Source of the DNA: the human T2T-CHM13v2.0 reference genome, Homo sapiens
Assembly (NCBI RefSeq): GCF_009914755.1
Contig: NC_060940.1
DNA: 64,000 bases
Reading direction: 5' to 3' (one strand)
The position numbers and the translations under genes were made by a program. This document shows, in pieces, positions 1-14,500 of the stretch. Numbering within the stretch: the first letter of the stretch is position 1; each line of letters opens with the position of its first letter. Under the pieces are notes generated by a model. It was not told the DNA's origin. It did not search any database and saw only the letters and a program-made list of their open reading frames with translations.

Positions 1-679
1 GAGATCACGACCGCCCTTCCTCCCAGGGGCTCCATCCCAGGGAGATCAGAGTTCTGTCCCTAACTCCCTGGCTGGAGTTGCTGGAATTCCCACAGGGAGA
101 CCATGCCTGGCAAGGAGGGATGGGTCAGGGTCCAGCCTAAAGAGGCAGTCTGGCCACAGTCTTCTACAGCTGCTGTGCTGTGCTGTGGGGAATTCCTACT
201 GGGTCCAAACTACCCAGTCTCCCTGGCACAGGCAGGGGAAAACAGCAGATTGGAGCTGCAGTCATGGCTGCTGCCCCTCCCCCCCAGGAACTCAGTAGTC
301 TTAGGCAGTCTCCAGCTGAGCGACCACTGAGAATCTCCACAGACCCAAGGCCCTGGTGGGATGGGTTCCTGAGGGGATCTCCTGATCCACAGGTTGCACA
401 GATCTGTGGGAAAAGCATGGTTTCCCGGGCGAAATAGCACAATCATTCACCATCTCATTTGGCTGGGGGTGGAAGTTCTCCTTGCCATGTGTGGCTCCCA
501 GGTGGGCCGTCACTCCACCCTGCTTTTTTCCTTGCTCTCCGTGGGTCATGCCAACTGCCTAGTCAGTCCCAATGAGAGAACTTGGATACCTCAGTTGCCC
601 GTGCAGGATTCACTTGTTTTCATTTTCAGTGGGAGCCTCTGACCGTACTTGTTTCTAGTCAGCCATCTTGGCCCCTCCC
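1..679 (-). mobile_element. LINE-1 5'UTR (older primate L1PA/L1PB type); element continues off the left edge
   Basis: Minus strand begins GGAGGGGCCAAGATGGCTGACTAGAAACAAG...GAGGCTCCCACTGA, a typical primate L1 5' end; GC-rich. Confidence 0.8.
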
Positions 680-802
680 TGCCATATTTTTCAAGTGTTT
701 GAACCAAAGGTATCTCTGTTTTTGAAACAATCAAAAGTCATTTGGAAATAAGTATAGTGACCAAGGTGGGGTTTTTTTGTGTTTGTTTTTGTTTTAAATA
801 GA

Positions 803-1110
803 GGCCAGACATGATGATTCATGCCTATAATTCCAGCACTTGAGGGGGGCTGAGGTGGGCGGATTACATGAGCCCAGGAGTTCAAGACCAGCCTGGGCAA
901 CATGGTGGAACTCTGTCTGTACAAAACTCTTTCTGTACAAAAGTTAGCCAGTTGTGATGTCATGTGCCTGTGGTCTCAGCTACTCTGGAGGCTGAGGTGG
1001 GAGGATCACCTGAGCCCAGGGAGGTTGAGGCTGCAGTGAGCTGTGATTGTGCCACTGCATTTCGGCCTGAGTGACAAAGTGAGAGCCTATCTCAAAAAAT
1101 AAAAAGAAAA
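803..1110 (+). mobile_element. Alu (J-like)
   Basis: Dimeric Alu consensus, diverged, with A-rich tail. Confidence 0.92.
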
Positions 1111-1563
1111 CAGAAAGAGATGGATTTTTAAAGTAATGAGACAAATTTTCTCCTATGGATTTTTAAACTGATACTGAAGGCACTCCAAAGGAGATTTGCT
1201 TTAAAAAAATGTATAGTACATTTAGTGGTGGAATAAATGTATAATTTCCCAATTATTACTATAAAGGAAAATATTCACTTTGTTGTATAAAAGTTAGTGT
1301 GCTTATCTAACCATCAGTAATATTATACATCCTCCCTTTTTAATGAAATTAAAGTTGAAAAATAAGTTACTAATTTATTATGATAATCTCTTGAATACAT
1401 ACTTAAAGAATGGAGATAGAAATATATTTAAAGACCAAAATTTGGTCTTTTATTCATTTTACTTAGCATTTACTGATATGTGTACCTCTTGGATGCTCCC
1501 ACATCTTGTTGATTTCCCTTCTTTGTGTTACTATTTGCTTTTGTGTTCTATATTTCGATTGAT

Positions 1564-1682
1564 TGTAGAGATGAAAGTCTCACTGTGTTGCCCAGGCTGA
1601 TCACAAACTCCTGACCTCAAGCAGTCCTCCACCTTGGCCTCCCAAATGCTGAGATTATAGGCATGAGCCACCACACTCAACC
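1564..1682 (-). mobile_element. Alu left monomer / FLAM
   Basis: gtagagatg...gttgcccaggctg...gcatgagccacc. Confidence 0.85.
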
Positions 1683-2643
1683 ATTTTTTTAAAACTAGCT
1701 TGTTAAAATGGAGAACAGGAGGGGAAGGACAAAAGCCAGGGTTTGTTAACTTTAGATGCTACCAAAGTGAGGGAGGGGACTTCATTTGGGTAATCTCAAA
1801 TGTTTACATAGCTTTTCAAAGATGCATGCTTGCACTACCATTTTCTGTATTCTGTTGCAATTTCTTGATACCATTATTGAGTTTATTAATGGTCTCCTTA
1901 CCATATTGTTTACCCATGTGTAGTTCAATAAGTACTGCCCTATGTGCTCATCCAATCAGCTTTCTTCTATCACTTTGTACTGCTCTGACATGGCGCTAAA
2001 AAAACCAAAAGCCTTTCGTAAAATAATTGTATGTGATGCATTGAACATTGCATTTTACTTAAAATACCCCCTTTTTTGGCAAATGAACCACATTGCAAAT
2101 TTTTAAGCTGAAATTGCTAGCAGTGTTTCCAAGATAAACATGCTATTTATAGACAAAAATCTTTTAAATTATCAGTTAATGAATACCTAATGGGATATAC
2201 ATTTGCACAGTAATAAAATCACAAAAAGAGAATGATTAGTTGTTTTCAGTCAGTTAAGAAGGACTCTTGTGACTGGAGTCTACACCAGGAGCGGGACTGT
2301 CTTCCACCATATAGGTCCTAGGAATTAGGCATCTGTTTTCATTTCTTATAGTGAAAAGAGGTCTGAAACAATGTGTAATGTCCTAGAAATGAGACAGAAC
2401 TGTTTGATGAGTTAAGAGCAGATAACTGGATGGATGGAGGTCAATGAGAACTGTAGTCTCTGCCTCTTGTTGAGAAGAAAATACTCTAGGAAAAACCTTC
2501 AGTCATCAGTTCAGCAAAAATAATTATAATTCCCACTGGAGATACTGAAAGGACCTGGGATCTCTTTGTCAAGTTCAACGTAGGATTTTCTTTTTTTAAT
2601 ACTTATTTTAAAATTAAAACTAAGGGAAACATTTTTGTTTAGC

Positions 2644-2940
2644 TTTTTTTTTTTTTTTTCGAGATGGAGTCTCTCTCTGTGGTCCACGCTGGAGTTCGGT
2701 GGTGTGATCTCAGCTCACTGAAACCTCCACCTTTCGGGGTTAAGTGATTTTCCTGCCTCAGCCTCCCAAGTAACTGGGATGACAGCGTGTGCTACCATGC
2801 CTGGCTAGTTGTATTTTTAGCAGAGATGGGGTTTCACCATGTTGGCCAGGCTGGTCTCGAACTCCTGACCTCAAGTGATCCCCTCACTTCACCCTCCCAT
2901 AGTGCTAGGATTACAGGTGTGAACCACCGCTGCAGGCCCC
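2644..2940 (-). mobile_element. Alu (S-like)
   Basis: Poly-T followed by a full reverse Alu. Confidence 0.92.
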
Positions 2941-3847
2941 AACATAAGATTTTCTTAATGGTATTTTTTACCTAAGCCTCATTCTGCAAATGAAAACAAA
3001 AAATCATTTGGTAGAGGGGACACCAATAATTCAGTGTTTTTGAAATGCCATTACTTCTGAAAGTTCAGAGTTTGCTACCTGTATCTTCTACCGATTCCAA
3101 ATATGTTGATTCTTGTCAAGCCCCAAGTGGGAGATGGAGGTGCTAATTCTTCAGGATAACACCAGGCCAGTGAAACTGGAATGGGATAAAATCCATAAAG
3201 AATTTATCCTAGTTCCTGGATAAGTCAGCAAAGAAAATGTATGAACATGAGATTGAATTCTCAACCCTAGATGTCATTCTCTCTTCAAATACCCAGAAAA
3301 TTTCAAAGTAACTCTGGGTTATGAACAAAAAAGTTACGTGCTTTGACCAGCTATTTTTCATGTGTTAACCATGGTGTTCTCTTCTAGCTGTGCAGAGCAG
3401 TATAACTTGTACTAGTCTGAAAAGCAGAAATAAAAACCTTAGTGTTTATAAGGACATTTTTGGCAGATGAAAGCAGGAACTTTGTCTGTTGTGAATGGCA
3501 ATAAAAACTTCAGAACTCATTGATACAACATATTTTGTTGCTCTTCTGTATTCTATCGAAAGTCCTTCTTACCAGTGCTTTGAAAGGAGTTTAGACAGTA
3601 ACTAAGCACACAACTATGCCAAGAATTTTAATTGAGCTGAGGGCCTTCATACAAATAAGACTAAGACTTGTAATAGCAAATAGAATTCTTTGATTTGTAG
3701 GTGTTTTGATATAACCAGTTGATATGCAGATTAGTCCCCAGTGGGATATTGACTATTGAAGTATATGTAAGCACTTTCTAAATTATGAAGCATTACCAAA
3801 TGTATCTGTTTTAGGTTTGCCCTATTCCTTTTGGCAAGTATAGTGGT

Positions 3848-4400
3848 CATTCATTCATTCAACAGATACTTACTACGTGCTTACTATGTGCCAACTACTT
3901 TTGTAAGTACTAGAGATATAGTAATGAATAAAACTTTATATTCATATGAGTAAATTTTTATACATAAAATAAAACATAAAAAATAGCCCAGGCATGGTTG
4001 CTCACACCTATAATTCTAGCACTTTATGAGGCCAAGATGGGAAGATGGCTTGAGGCCAGGAATTTGAGACCAGCCTGGTAAATAAATACAGTGAGACCCT
4101 GTTTCTATTAAAAAATAATAAAAATTAAAAATAACTTCAGGTAATGATACATGCTGTGAAGAGGAAAAATCAAGATATTTAGATAGTGTATGAGGAAGGG
4201 GGTAGGTTTTGAGTAGGGAAGAGGAGAAACATTTTACCTAGGTTGTTCAGGAAAAGTCAATCTGAACTAACACCTTAACTGAGACACGGTTCTTGAGAAG
4301 TCAGCCGTAAATTCTAAGTGGAGGGAACAAGCAGTGTGAAGATGCTGTGATAGGAAGAAGCTTGGTATGTTCCAGAATGACAAGACCAGGTTATGAAGTG
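3848..4400 (-). mobile_element. L2 3' fragment interrupted by a + strand Alu monomer (~3985-4125)
   Basis: cattcattcattcaacagatacttactacgtgcttactatgtgcca is the typical L2 3' end; the FLAM lies inside it. Confidence 0.7.
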
Positions 4401-4834
4401 AGCAAAGCTCATTGGAATTTGTAATCTCATGCCTGCAGAATGGCAAGTGAATGAGGGAAGATCAAATACACTAACTTTTCTTTATTTGTACATTTTTATT
4501 TTTGTTTTTGCATGAGTCTCTACATAGCTAGATGAAGCATGTTAAAGAAGAGAATTATCTTGACTGTTTTACTACTTTCCCCTAGTGTCCTAAGAAGTAT
4601 TTTGCTACGAGCACCATGTCTCCATTTCCCCTCTTTATTCAGAAATATGTTCTTCAATTTTTGTTTGCCTTCTTAACAAAATTTACAAAGGAAATGCAGA
4701 TTTTTTAATGCCTTTGCATGTAACCTTATCAAAGGAAATAGAAGAGAGGAAAACGCTGAAGAAATAGATACTATAGTGATTATATATGTTGAAGCAGATA
4801 CTGCCTTTGTTATAATAGAGTCAGGCCATCATGG

Positions 4835-4975
4835 GCAGCTTAGTTAATTTCTCCTGAGCCTCAGTTTCCTCCTCTATAATATATGGAGGTAACTACTATT
4901 TACCTTATAGAATTACATGAGATCAAGCACATGAAGCGTTTAGCACAGTACTTGGCACATAGATAATGTTTATGG
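4835..4975 (+). mobile_element. MIR
   Basis: ctgagcctcagtttcctcctctataa...aagcgtttagcacagtacttggcacatag. Confidence 0.8.
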
Positions 4976-4989
4976 AGCACTTACTCTTT

Positions 4990-5275
4990 GTCTTTTAAAG
5001 ACAGGGTCTTGCTCTCACACAGGCTGGAATGCAGTGGTACAACCTTGGCTCACTGCAGCCTCAACCTCCTGGGTTCAAACCATCCTCCTACCTCAGCATC
5101 CTGACTAGATGGAACTACAGGCTCACACCATCATTACTGGCTAACTCTTGTATTTTTTGCAGAGACGGGATCTCACTGTGTTGCCCAGGCTGGTTTCAAA
5201 CTCCTGGGCTCAAGTAATCCTTCCACCTACACCTCCCAAAGTGCTGGGATTACAGGTGTGAGCTACCATGCCTGT
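4990..5275 (-). mobile_element. Alu (J-like)
   Basis: Reverse Alu consensus. Confidence 0.9.
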
Positions 5276-5814
5276 CCTTACTGTTATATTATCATGAAGA
5301 TCTTTATTCTTTCAAATCACCTCCCAGTAAACCTTTTCTGCAGACTTTTTCAAGTAGTTCTAATAAACTTTTATGCTGGCATCCCCCCTCCCCCAGCTTA
5401 TGCCACTGTCCAGATATCTTTTTCTCTATTGTCCAGCTCAAAGACACTGTATGTTTATGAGACCATCTTTTGGTAACAAAAATGCCAGGAATCAATGATT
5501 TATTAAAATCCTAGTATTAATTCAGGCTCCTGTCAATCTTCTGACAAAGCCTATACATACTGTGTAGCTATACCAAAGATTCCATAGCATAGGTGAAAAT
5601 GCCTGAGTATATAGCCCTTGATCTCCTGAGCTACATTTGGCCAGTCTCCAGTCATTCCTTTCTATCTAATTAATGACATTCCTGGCATATGGGGATTATA
5701 TAGCACAGAATGTGTCCACATTCTGCCTGTGAAAACCCACTTTGTTCTCCATCTGCAAAAAGGCAACCTCTGCTTTTCATTTCTTTATTGTGTCATTTTT
5801 TAATGTCATTGTTC

Positions 5815-5925
5815 TGTCTCCCTCTCTCTTCCTTCCCTCTCTCTCTCTCCTCCTTTTCTTCTTTCCTTCCCTTCCTCTCTCCCTCTTTCCCTCTCTTCCC
5901 TTCCCTCACCGCTTCCACCCTTCCT
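5815..5925. repeat. Pyrimidine-rich (CT/CCTT) low-complexity tract
   Basis: About 100 bp of almost pure C/T. Confidence 0.85.
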
Positions 5926-6644
5926 AGTAAAGGGAAGAGGGATGCACCTTGGGCATTGGTCTTAGAGGAGGAAACTAACATCATCACTTAAACTGATTCT
6001 AGAAGTTTTCTTGAAACTCAAAAATGATTTGCTCCAGTAATGCTGACATCACAATCCCCTGAGAAGACCATCACCAGTTTTCTACTACATTTTAGCTTCT
6101 ACTATTTTTGTTGTCTATTATGCTTTTTTTCTTCAAAATTAATCTCAAATCTTACTTCTACTAAATCTTACTAACTCTGGACTTGATCGATCCCCTGCTA
6201 CTCAACACTTATGCTGTTGCATACTTTTTGCTACTTAATTCATATTACTGAACCTGGTACATAAATTAAAGGCTTGTATCTCCAATTAGATTGTAAGTTT
6301 ACTCAGAGCAGGGATTGTGTCATATACATTTATAGTATCTCACTGTTTTTATCTTCCCCTACCCCAACTATAATCATACTTTTTTTAAACACCTGAACAT
6401 TCCTTCTTCCTTGGCAATAAGGGTATGTTAGCAAAGCTCTATAACCTTTTTTTGTTTTTTCCTCTGACACTGACATTCTCAGGTGAGAGTTCTATAACTT
6501 GAGCAAAATCAAAGACAGTGGTATATTTTGTAACATTAGAGATACTACACGGGGCAAAGCTTAGCTGTTACTGCAAGAAGCCTATCTACAATAATAGATT
6601 CAGGCTAATTTGAATGCCTCAGTCTATATCTTATTTCATCCCCA

Positions 6645-7430
6645 ATTTATTTATTTTTTAATTTCAACTTTTATTTTAGATTCAGGGGGTACATTTGCAG
6701 GTTTATTACATGAGTATATTGTATGATGCTGAGGTTTGGGTACCACTGATATTGTCACCCAGGTAGTGAGTATACTACCCAATAGGTAGTTTTTCAGCAT
6801 TCCACCCTCACCTCCCATCTTTTGGAGTCTCCAGTGTCTGTTGTTGCCATCTTTATGTCCGTATGTACCCATTGTTTAGCCCCCACTTATAAGTTAGAAC
6901 ATGTGGTATTTCGTTTCTGTTCATGCATTAATTTGCTTAGGATAATGGCCTCCAGCTGCATCCGTGTTACTGCATAGGACATTATTTTGTTCTTTTTTAT
7001 GGCTGCATAGTATTTCGTGGTGTATATGTACCACATTTTCTTTATCCAGTCCACTGTTGATGAGCACCTAGCTTGATTCTATGTCTTTGCTGTTGTGCTG
7101 AGATGAACATACAAGTGCATGTATCTTTTTTGTTGAACGATTTATTTTTCTTTGGGTATACACTCAGTAATGGGATTGCTAGGTCAAATAGTAGGTCTAT
7201 TTTAAGTTCTCTGAGAAATCTTCAAACTGCTTTCCACAGTGGCTGAACTAATTTATATTCCCAGCAACTATGTATAAGGATTCTGTTTTCTCCACAACCT
7301 CACTGGCGTCTGTTGTTTTTTACTTTTTAGTAATAGCCATTCTGACTGGCCTGAGATGCTATCTCATTGTGGTTTTGATTTGCATTTCTCTGCTTAGTGG
7401 TGTTGAGCATTTTTTCGTGTTTGTTTCACT
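6645..7430 (-). mobile_element. L1 3' end (older L1PA/L1PB type)
   Basis: ttttattttagattcagggggtacatttgcaggttt... L1 3'UTR plus the end of ORF2. Confidence 0.9.
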
Positions 7431-9332
7431 TCAGATTTCTGAGTGAGTTTAGAACATCTGAGCATCAGAAGCAAACCTTGGAATAGTCGAACCAACCCCC
7501 AAATAAAATAAAAATAATTAAAGAGGCTTTTTTGTTTCTCCTCTTAAATGCATTCAATTCATTTAGCTTCTCATTTATATCATCACTGACAAAGAATAAA
7601 TGCTAGTTGTTGAGGTTAAAAAAATTTTTGTTGTTGATAGCTCTAGCAATTTGGTTAGAAAAATTAGGGAAAATTCAGGACTAAGAAAATTTAGAGACTG
7701 TGATTTTCATTTATCCACTCCTTCACTTCATTAATTATGACAAACCATAAAAATGGATTAATGGATAAAAGGATGATCACTTTGTATCATCAGAAGAAAA
7801 TAATTGCTAAAAAATTAGAGATTTAAAAACAAAGAGGATGATAGTGAGCTCTGTTATTTAAACCAAAGAATATCATTGAAATCCTAAATAAACAAGCCAT
7901 CCAAGAGAGGAATATATCTATATTTGGTAAGTGCATCCTGCTATGTATAAGTTCAAAAAGGAAGAAGGTTAGACAGTGCTGGGAGAGGAGCCTTGTATAC
8001 CTGGATGTGCTCTATTAAAAGAGGCGCTTGATTGCTCAGTAATTGCAGAGCTAGGCTCTTGGGGAGGCTTTTGTCATCCCTCCTTGGCTGACACCAGACG
8101 ATAGTGTGGCTCTGTGATAAGAAACAGAGGACCAGTGTCTCCATGGTAACTAACTGAGCTCTATATCTTACACCTCATTACAAATGAGGATAGATAGTAA
8201 AAAAATATATATATATATATAAACACCAAGAGTGAATATATATATGTGTGTATGTATACTTCCTGTCTTCTATCTAGAAAGTGAGTAGAATAAATTTTTT
8301 CAAAATGTGATTGCATTGAAAGGATAAAGTTGATAGGCCTTTTTTCCCCATTGGTGCAGGTAAATATTTCATTTTTCAGTTCCTCTGATGGTTTTGTTCT
8401 GAACCCACCCAGCTGTAGCTTGAAAGATTAATAATGGGCAGCAAAAGAATGTGAGAAGAGGTGGTGAATGAATAGAAACCAGCATCAGAGAAGAAAGAGT
8501 ATTGCCTGGCCTTTGGGACAAATAAATAAGGATTTACTAAGTCTGCTAGTTTCATCCCCATAACAGGAAAACCTGGAACCCATTAGAATGAAAACCTGGA
8601 GTTTTATAATGTAATGATTCCTAGAGTTCCAAACCTACACAGACTGTTGACAAGAAAAAAGAAAGAGGGACAGAAAATCAGCAGTTTCTAATTTTCTCTT
8701 CTGTAGGTATTGATTTTACTTTAACACAACTAACTTTACTATGCCTCTCCTCACATAAGACCATTACACTTATGTGTTGATCTTTATAAGGTTAAACACG
8801 TTTCCTGAAATCTTAGCCTGCCCGTGTCATACATTTTAAAGAAAAAGACCAAATTAAAGAAGTCATCAGTGAGTGAACTATTAAGTAGAAATTAAAACTT
8901 TTTATTCAAGACACAGGATGCAAATATTTGGTGAGAGAACAAAGACCTTAGGAGCTTTTTGGAACCATTATATTAGCTTCAATTTATTAGTCCATCTGCT
9001 CATAGATAAATGACTTTAAACTCTGAAGCAAGGACCCTTAGTAGCCCAGCAGGGACTTCTGTTGATATTGAAGGCTGATTCCTTCCCTCACTGGGTCTGT
9101 TTCTCAATCACTAATTTCTGAACAAGTATTTGGGTCATTGCTAAAAAGGGCATACATGTAGTTTTAAAACAAAAATAGCTCTTTGATCTAAGTAACATAA
9201 TTTTCTACCTTTTAGGTCCTTCTTACTGATGTGTTGCTCTTCTTCATGGCTCGTGAAAACTATTAGAGTCATCCAAGGTAAGCGCATTGCACAGGGGTGA
9301 CAAAAAAATGGGTGGGGTGGTGGGGGAGAACA

Positions 9333-9795
9333 TAGGTATATACCCAAGAGGAATGAAAACATACTTTCACACATAACTTGTGCACAAAAGTTCATAGCAG
9401 CATTAGTCATAATAGCTAAAAAGTAGAAATATTCATCAACTGATGAGTAGCTAAATATAATGTGTTATGTCTTTATAATGGAACATTATTTGGCAATAAA
9501 AAGGAATGAAGTACTGATACACAATACCACAGGGATGAACCTTGAAAACATTATGTAAGTGGAAGAAGCCAGTCATGAAAGACCACTTATTATATGATTC
9601 CACATATAAGAAGGGAAGTGGGGGTGACTACTAAAGGATATGGGGTTTCTTTTGGCGATGATGAAAATGTTCTCAATTAATTGTGGTGATGGTTGCAAAA
9701 CTCTGAATATACTAAAAAACGTTGAATTGGACATATTAAGTGGATGAATTGCATGGTATGAGAAATTTGAGGATTTTATCTCAAAGTTATTATTA
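9333..9795 (+). mobile_element. L1M 3' fragment
   Basis: taggtatatacccaagaggaatgaaaacata...aaaggaatgaagtactgatac. Confidence 0.8.
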
Positions 9796-9838
9796 AAAAA
9801 GGGGGTGTAGGTGAGGAGGAAGATGGTGATCCACAACT

Positions 9839-9967
9839 CGGATGACCATATGTTCTGATTGCCCCAAATAACCAGTATTTTTTTACCAGGTGTGCCAGTG
9901 AATTGTTAATAGCTCTGACTTAGCTTTCAAAAGTGTCCTGTTTTGATGATAAACTATATGGTCACCA
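9839..9967 (-). mobile_element. MER94-like hAT MITE
   Basis: ~130 bp with terminal inverted repeats tgaccatat...atatggtca and internal ttcaaaagtgtcctgttttgatgataaa matching my recollection of the MER94 consensus. Confidence 0.7.
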
Positions 9968-10386
9968 TATGTGTAACCAGAAGTACTATGATCTTCTGCA
10001 ATGTATCTTAAAGTTATCTAACCAAGATAACACTTGGGGTTCTGTTAAAGGTAAATATCCCTGTGTTCCTCCCATGGATCTTAATTCAGTAAGTCAGAGG
10101 TGGAAACTGGTATTTTGTATTTTTAACAGTTATCTATGATGATTCTTATGAATTTTTGGCATTCACTGTTCTACTTGTTAAAAAAAAAAAAAACAGGTGA
10201 ACAAATTACCTTTTGGGGAAATATAATTCCAGGGAGGTATGAGAAGGCTATTGTAGGAAATTTGCTGTGGAAGGCTAAAAATGAATTCTGACAAGGATCA
10301 AGAGAACAATGGGAATAACATAAGGACACTGATGGTTCTAAGAAATATCCTTATGTCTTCTAAGATTAAAAAAAAAAACCACATCA

Positions 10387-10823
<437 letters not shown>

Positions 10824-11031
10824 TTAGGTCCTGACATCCACTGCCTTCACTCAAACCCTTCTGGCCAGTTCCATCCTACAGATTCTAAGTTCCTGACTCA
10901 GAATCTTACTGTTGTGAACCTTTACACCCAGGTTTGGAGACAGAAAGGAGCACCGCCAAGTGAGGCAGAGCAGTCTCAGAAACATAGGAAAATGTAAGAA
11001 ACTTAAGACTTGGAACAGTTTTTTGTTGTTG

Positions 11032-11064
<33 letters not shown>

Positions 11065-11296
11065 AGAAGAGGAACAAAGGACATTGGGTCACAGTTTCTA
11101 AAATAAACATGAGCATTAGGGCATATATAATAGCACAATATGAACCAAACTGATAAAAAGCAGTGTCACAATATCTATGATATACATTTATGGCTTATAT
11201 GAATTGAACATTAACTTCAGTTTAAGGATGCTTAGTCTTCATTGTTCATAGGGAAGAAGTCTTCACAGTTTCAAAGCCTAGAATGAAAATTGTGCA

Positions 11297-11592
<296 letters not shown>

Positions 11593-12050
11593 TTGTGCTG
11601 GAGACGCCTAGACAGTCCCACATGTGTAGAATCGTCATAAAATTTCTTAAGGAGGAAAAAGTCATTACTAACCTGTTCTCTCATTTAGCCAGATTGCTTT
11701 AATTCATATCCTTTTTTCCTGCTTTAATCAATCAAGAAAACGCTCTCCTGCAGATTCAGAGCTCAGAAGTGTACTCTTCCTTGCTCCTGTCCATGCCCAA
11801 GCCTCTTGATCTCTGGGGAAAAGGTTGACATCTGAGGAGATTTCTTTGTTTCACTTTGTTCCAGCAAACTGTTTGTAATAGTCAGGCTTTTGACTGAAAT
11901 TTGAGTCTTCTTTCTGTCCCTTAGGTACTGTCTAAAATTTTTCAGTGTTTTAAAAAAGATTTCTAATTAGTTGAGGGACCTCCAGGGTGAATAATACTAT
12001 TATTAAATAAATGAATACAAATTAAACTTTTATGGTTTCTAAGCTACTGC

Positions 12051-12190
12051 TTTTTTTTTTTTTTTTTTTTTTTGAGATAGAGTCTTACAGTGTTGGCTAG
12101 CAGGCTGGTCTTGAGCTCCTGTGTTCAAGCAATCCTACGTCAGCCTCCCAAATAGCTGGGCCTACAGGCATGTGCCACTACACCCTATGC
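12051..12190 (-). mobile_element. Alu monomer
   Basis: Poly-T plus a single reverse monomer. Confidence 0.8.
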
Positions 12191-13149
12191 TGCTGCTTTT
12201 TAATGGAATGTTTAATGCATAAGTTTTAGGCTCCAATACAATATTAGTAAGACTTATTAACTTAGCAGATCAATGTGGCAATATTATTTATCCCAGGAAT
12301 GTTCAGGTGTTCGTGTGTGGTGTGTCTATATGATTGGAAACCCATCAACTGGCTGTGAAAGCAGCAGTTTAGGATTGCCCAAAAGACAAAGATTTGGAAA
12401 AGCTTTAAAAAGTTTTGACCACAAAGGTCATAAATTTTAGTCTAGTGATGCAGATTTACTGGATCCTGATGAGCAACAGGAGTGAAAAGCATTTTCTAGA
12501 AGAAAAACCTGTGGTGATTTCTAGGTAAAGGACTTCAGATGAGATCCTGAAGTAATAACATATTGGCAGCTTTAGTAGACTCACAAACATGAGGTTAGGC
12601 AGCGATCTAAGGTGATAGACAGATGACATCAGAAACAAAATAAGTACTAGGCAAGGCCATAGCCTTGAATTTTTATTAGAGTTAGGAATTGAGGATATTC
12701 TGAACCCCGAGGATTTCAACCAAGAGAAAGAGTAGCAAGGCAATTTAGTTTAAAAAATAATTCTGATGTATATTGGGAAGGATTTTATTCAACTTAAAAT
12801 CAGAAAAACAACCACTAATAGTTTATGTGATGCTTCTTCTAATTCTTACCTGGTATTTTAGTTCTAGGTTCCTATTAAGGTTCAATAAACCGCGACAATT
12901 GACCAAGGGCTGGGCTGTGATAAAGTCTTCCATTTTAAACAAATACAAATAACATTGAACCAGAAAGAGACATCAAGTCCATTTAAGGCATTGGTGTGTT
13001 TGTACAAGACCTGGGTTATGTAGGAATAGCAGTAAAGAACAAAGCCTCAGACATCTGATAGACATTGCTTTTACTTCCTTTTTATGTGACTTTAAGTGGG
13101 CCTATGACTTAATCTATTTGACCTTTACTAGGCCTATAGTTATCTTTAG

Positions 13150-13805
13150 TACATATTGCCAGTTTTCTAAGTGGTTTTACCATTTTACATTCCCACCAGC
13201 AATTTTTTAGAGTTTTAGTGTCTCCACATCCTCACCAACATTCAGATGAGGGGATGGTGGTTTCTCATTGTGATTTTAGTTTGTATTTCTGTGATGACAA
13301 ACGGTATATATCACCTTTTCATATGTTTATTGGATTCTTAGATATCATATATTGTAAGGTGCCTTTTCCGATTTCTTGCCTATTTTTTAAAATGAGGTTA
13401 GGTTTTTGAGGGTTGGTTGGTTGTTTTTTTGTTTTTTGTTTTTTTTTGTCTCTTTTATTGATTAGTAGTTTAAAAGAAAGTATATTCTAGAATATGAGTT
13501 CTTTACTGGATATGCATCATGCAAATATCTTCTTCCAGTCTGTGGCTTGCTGTTTTACTCTCTTAATGGTGTCTTTTGATGAACATAAGTTTCTAATTTT
13601 AATATAGTCACATTTATCAGTTTTTCCCTTTATGTTTAGCACTTGTATGTCTTTAGCACTTGTATTTTAAAAACTTTTGTCTACCCTAAGGTATTTTATA
13701 ATATTTCAGCAGCTTTATTTCAAAGTTTAAATCTTTAATCCATTGAGAATTTGTTTTAGTAAGAGATATGAGGTAGGGACCCAATTTTATTTTTTTCCAA
13801 ATGCT
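13150..13805 (-). mobile_element. Ancient L1M ORF2 fragment
   Basis: ccattttacattcccaccagcaa...tgcaaatatcttcttccagtctgtggcttg. Confidence 0.8.
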
Positions 13806-14038
13806 TTTAAACTTCTCTGAAAACATTCCTCAATTAATATTTTAAACTCCACCTTTAGGGTGTTTTCAATCACAATAATCATAAGTTTATGATATAAAAC
13901 ACTCCAATACTTAGCAATGTTCAATGAAATATTAAAACACCAAAAGACACAATCTCAGAAACAGATAAATCTCTCAGTGAACCAAATATAGAACAGAAAA
14001 GCAAAACAATGAGTGGAGCTGAAGTCAAAGGGCTTCTG

Positions 14039-14500
14039 TGTTGTGGGTTTCTTGTTTTTTTAAGGGGCAGTATTTGCTGGGAGTTTAGCTGCTATGAGAT
14101 AAGGAGTACTTAAAGTATATGAACAAGGGGCATGAATCCTGATTTCCATATGAAACCAGGGGCCGGGGAAAAGGATCTTCTTCTCATGAAAAAAGGCAAA
14201 AAGGCTAGGGGAAAACAAAGTTTCTGGTCACTACACTGGGCTGTGACTTTAGAAAACTTCAGGGTACATTTGAAGGAAGGTACATCCTCGTAATCAGAAC
14301 AGAAGTGGTTGTCTGTGAGCTTTGTGACAGCATCAGGTTTATCTCCATTGTCACCCTGGGACAAGAATCTTAATATACCTTTATCAGACCTCATCTGGAT
14401 TGGAGTGATCATGACTTGCGTAGATATAAACACAAGACTACCTGGCCAAGGTCTGGGTTGAATACCGAGGAAGAGAGAGGAGGAAAAACAATACACAACA
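14039..14500. mobile_element. Probable ERVL-class LTR (family not identified)
   Basis: 462 bp bounded by perfect inverted termini TGTTGTG...CACAACA and abutting the ERVL integrase remnant. Confidence 0.5.
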
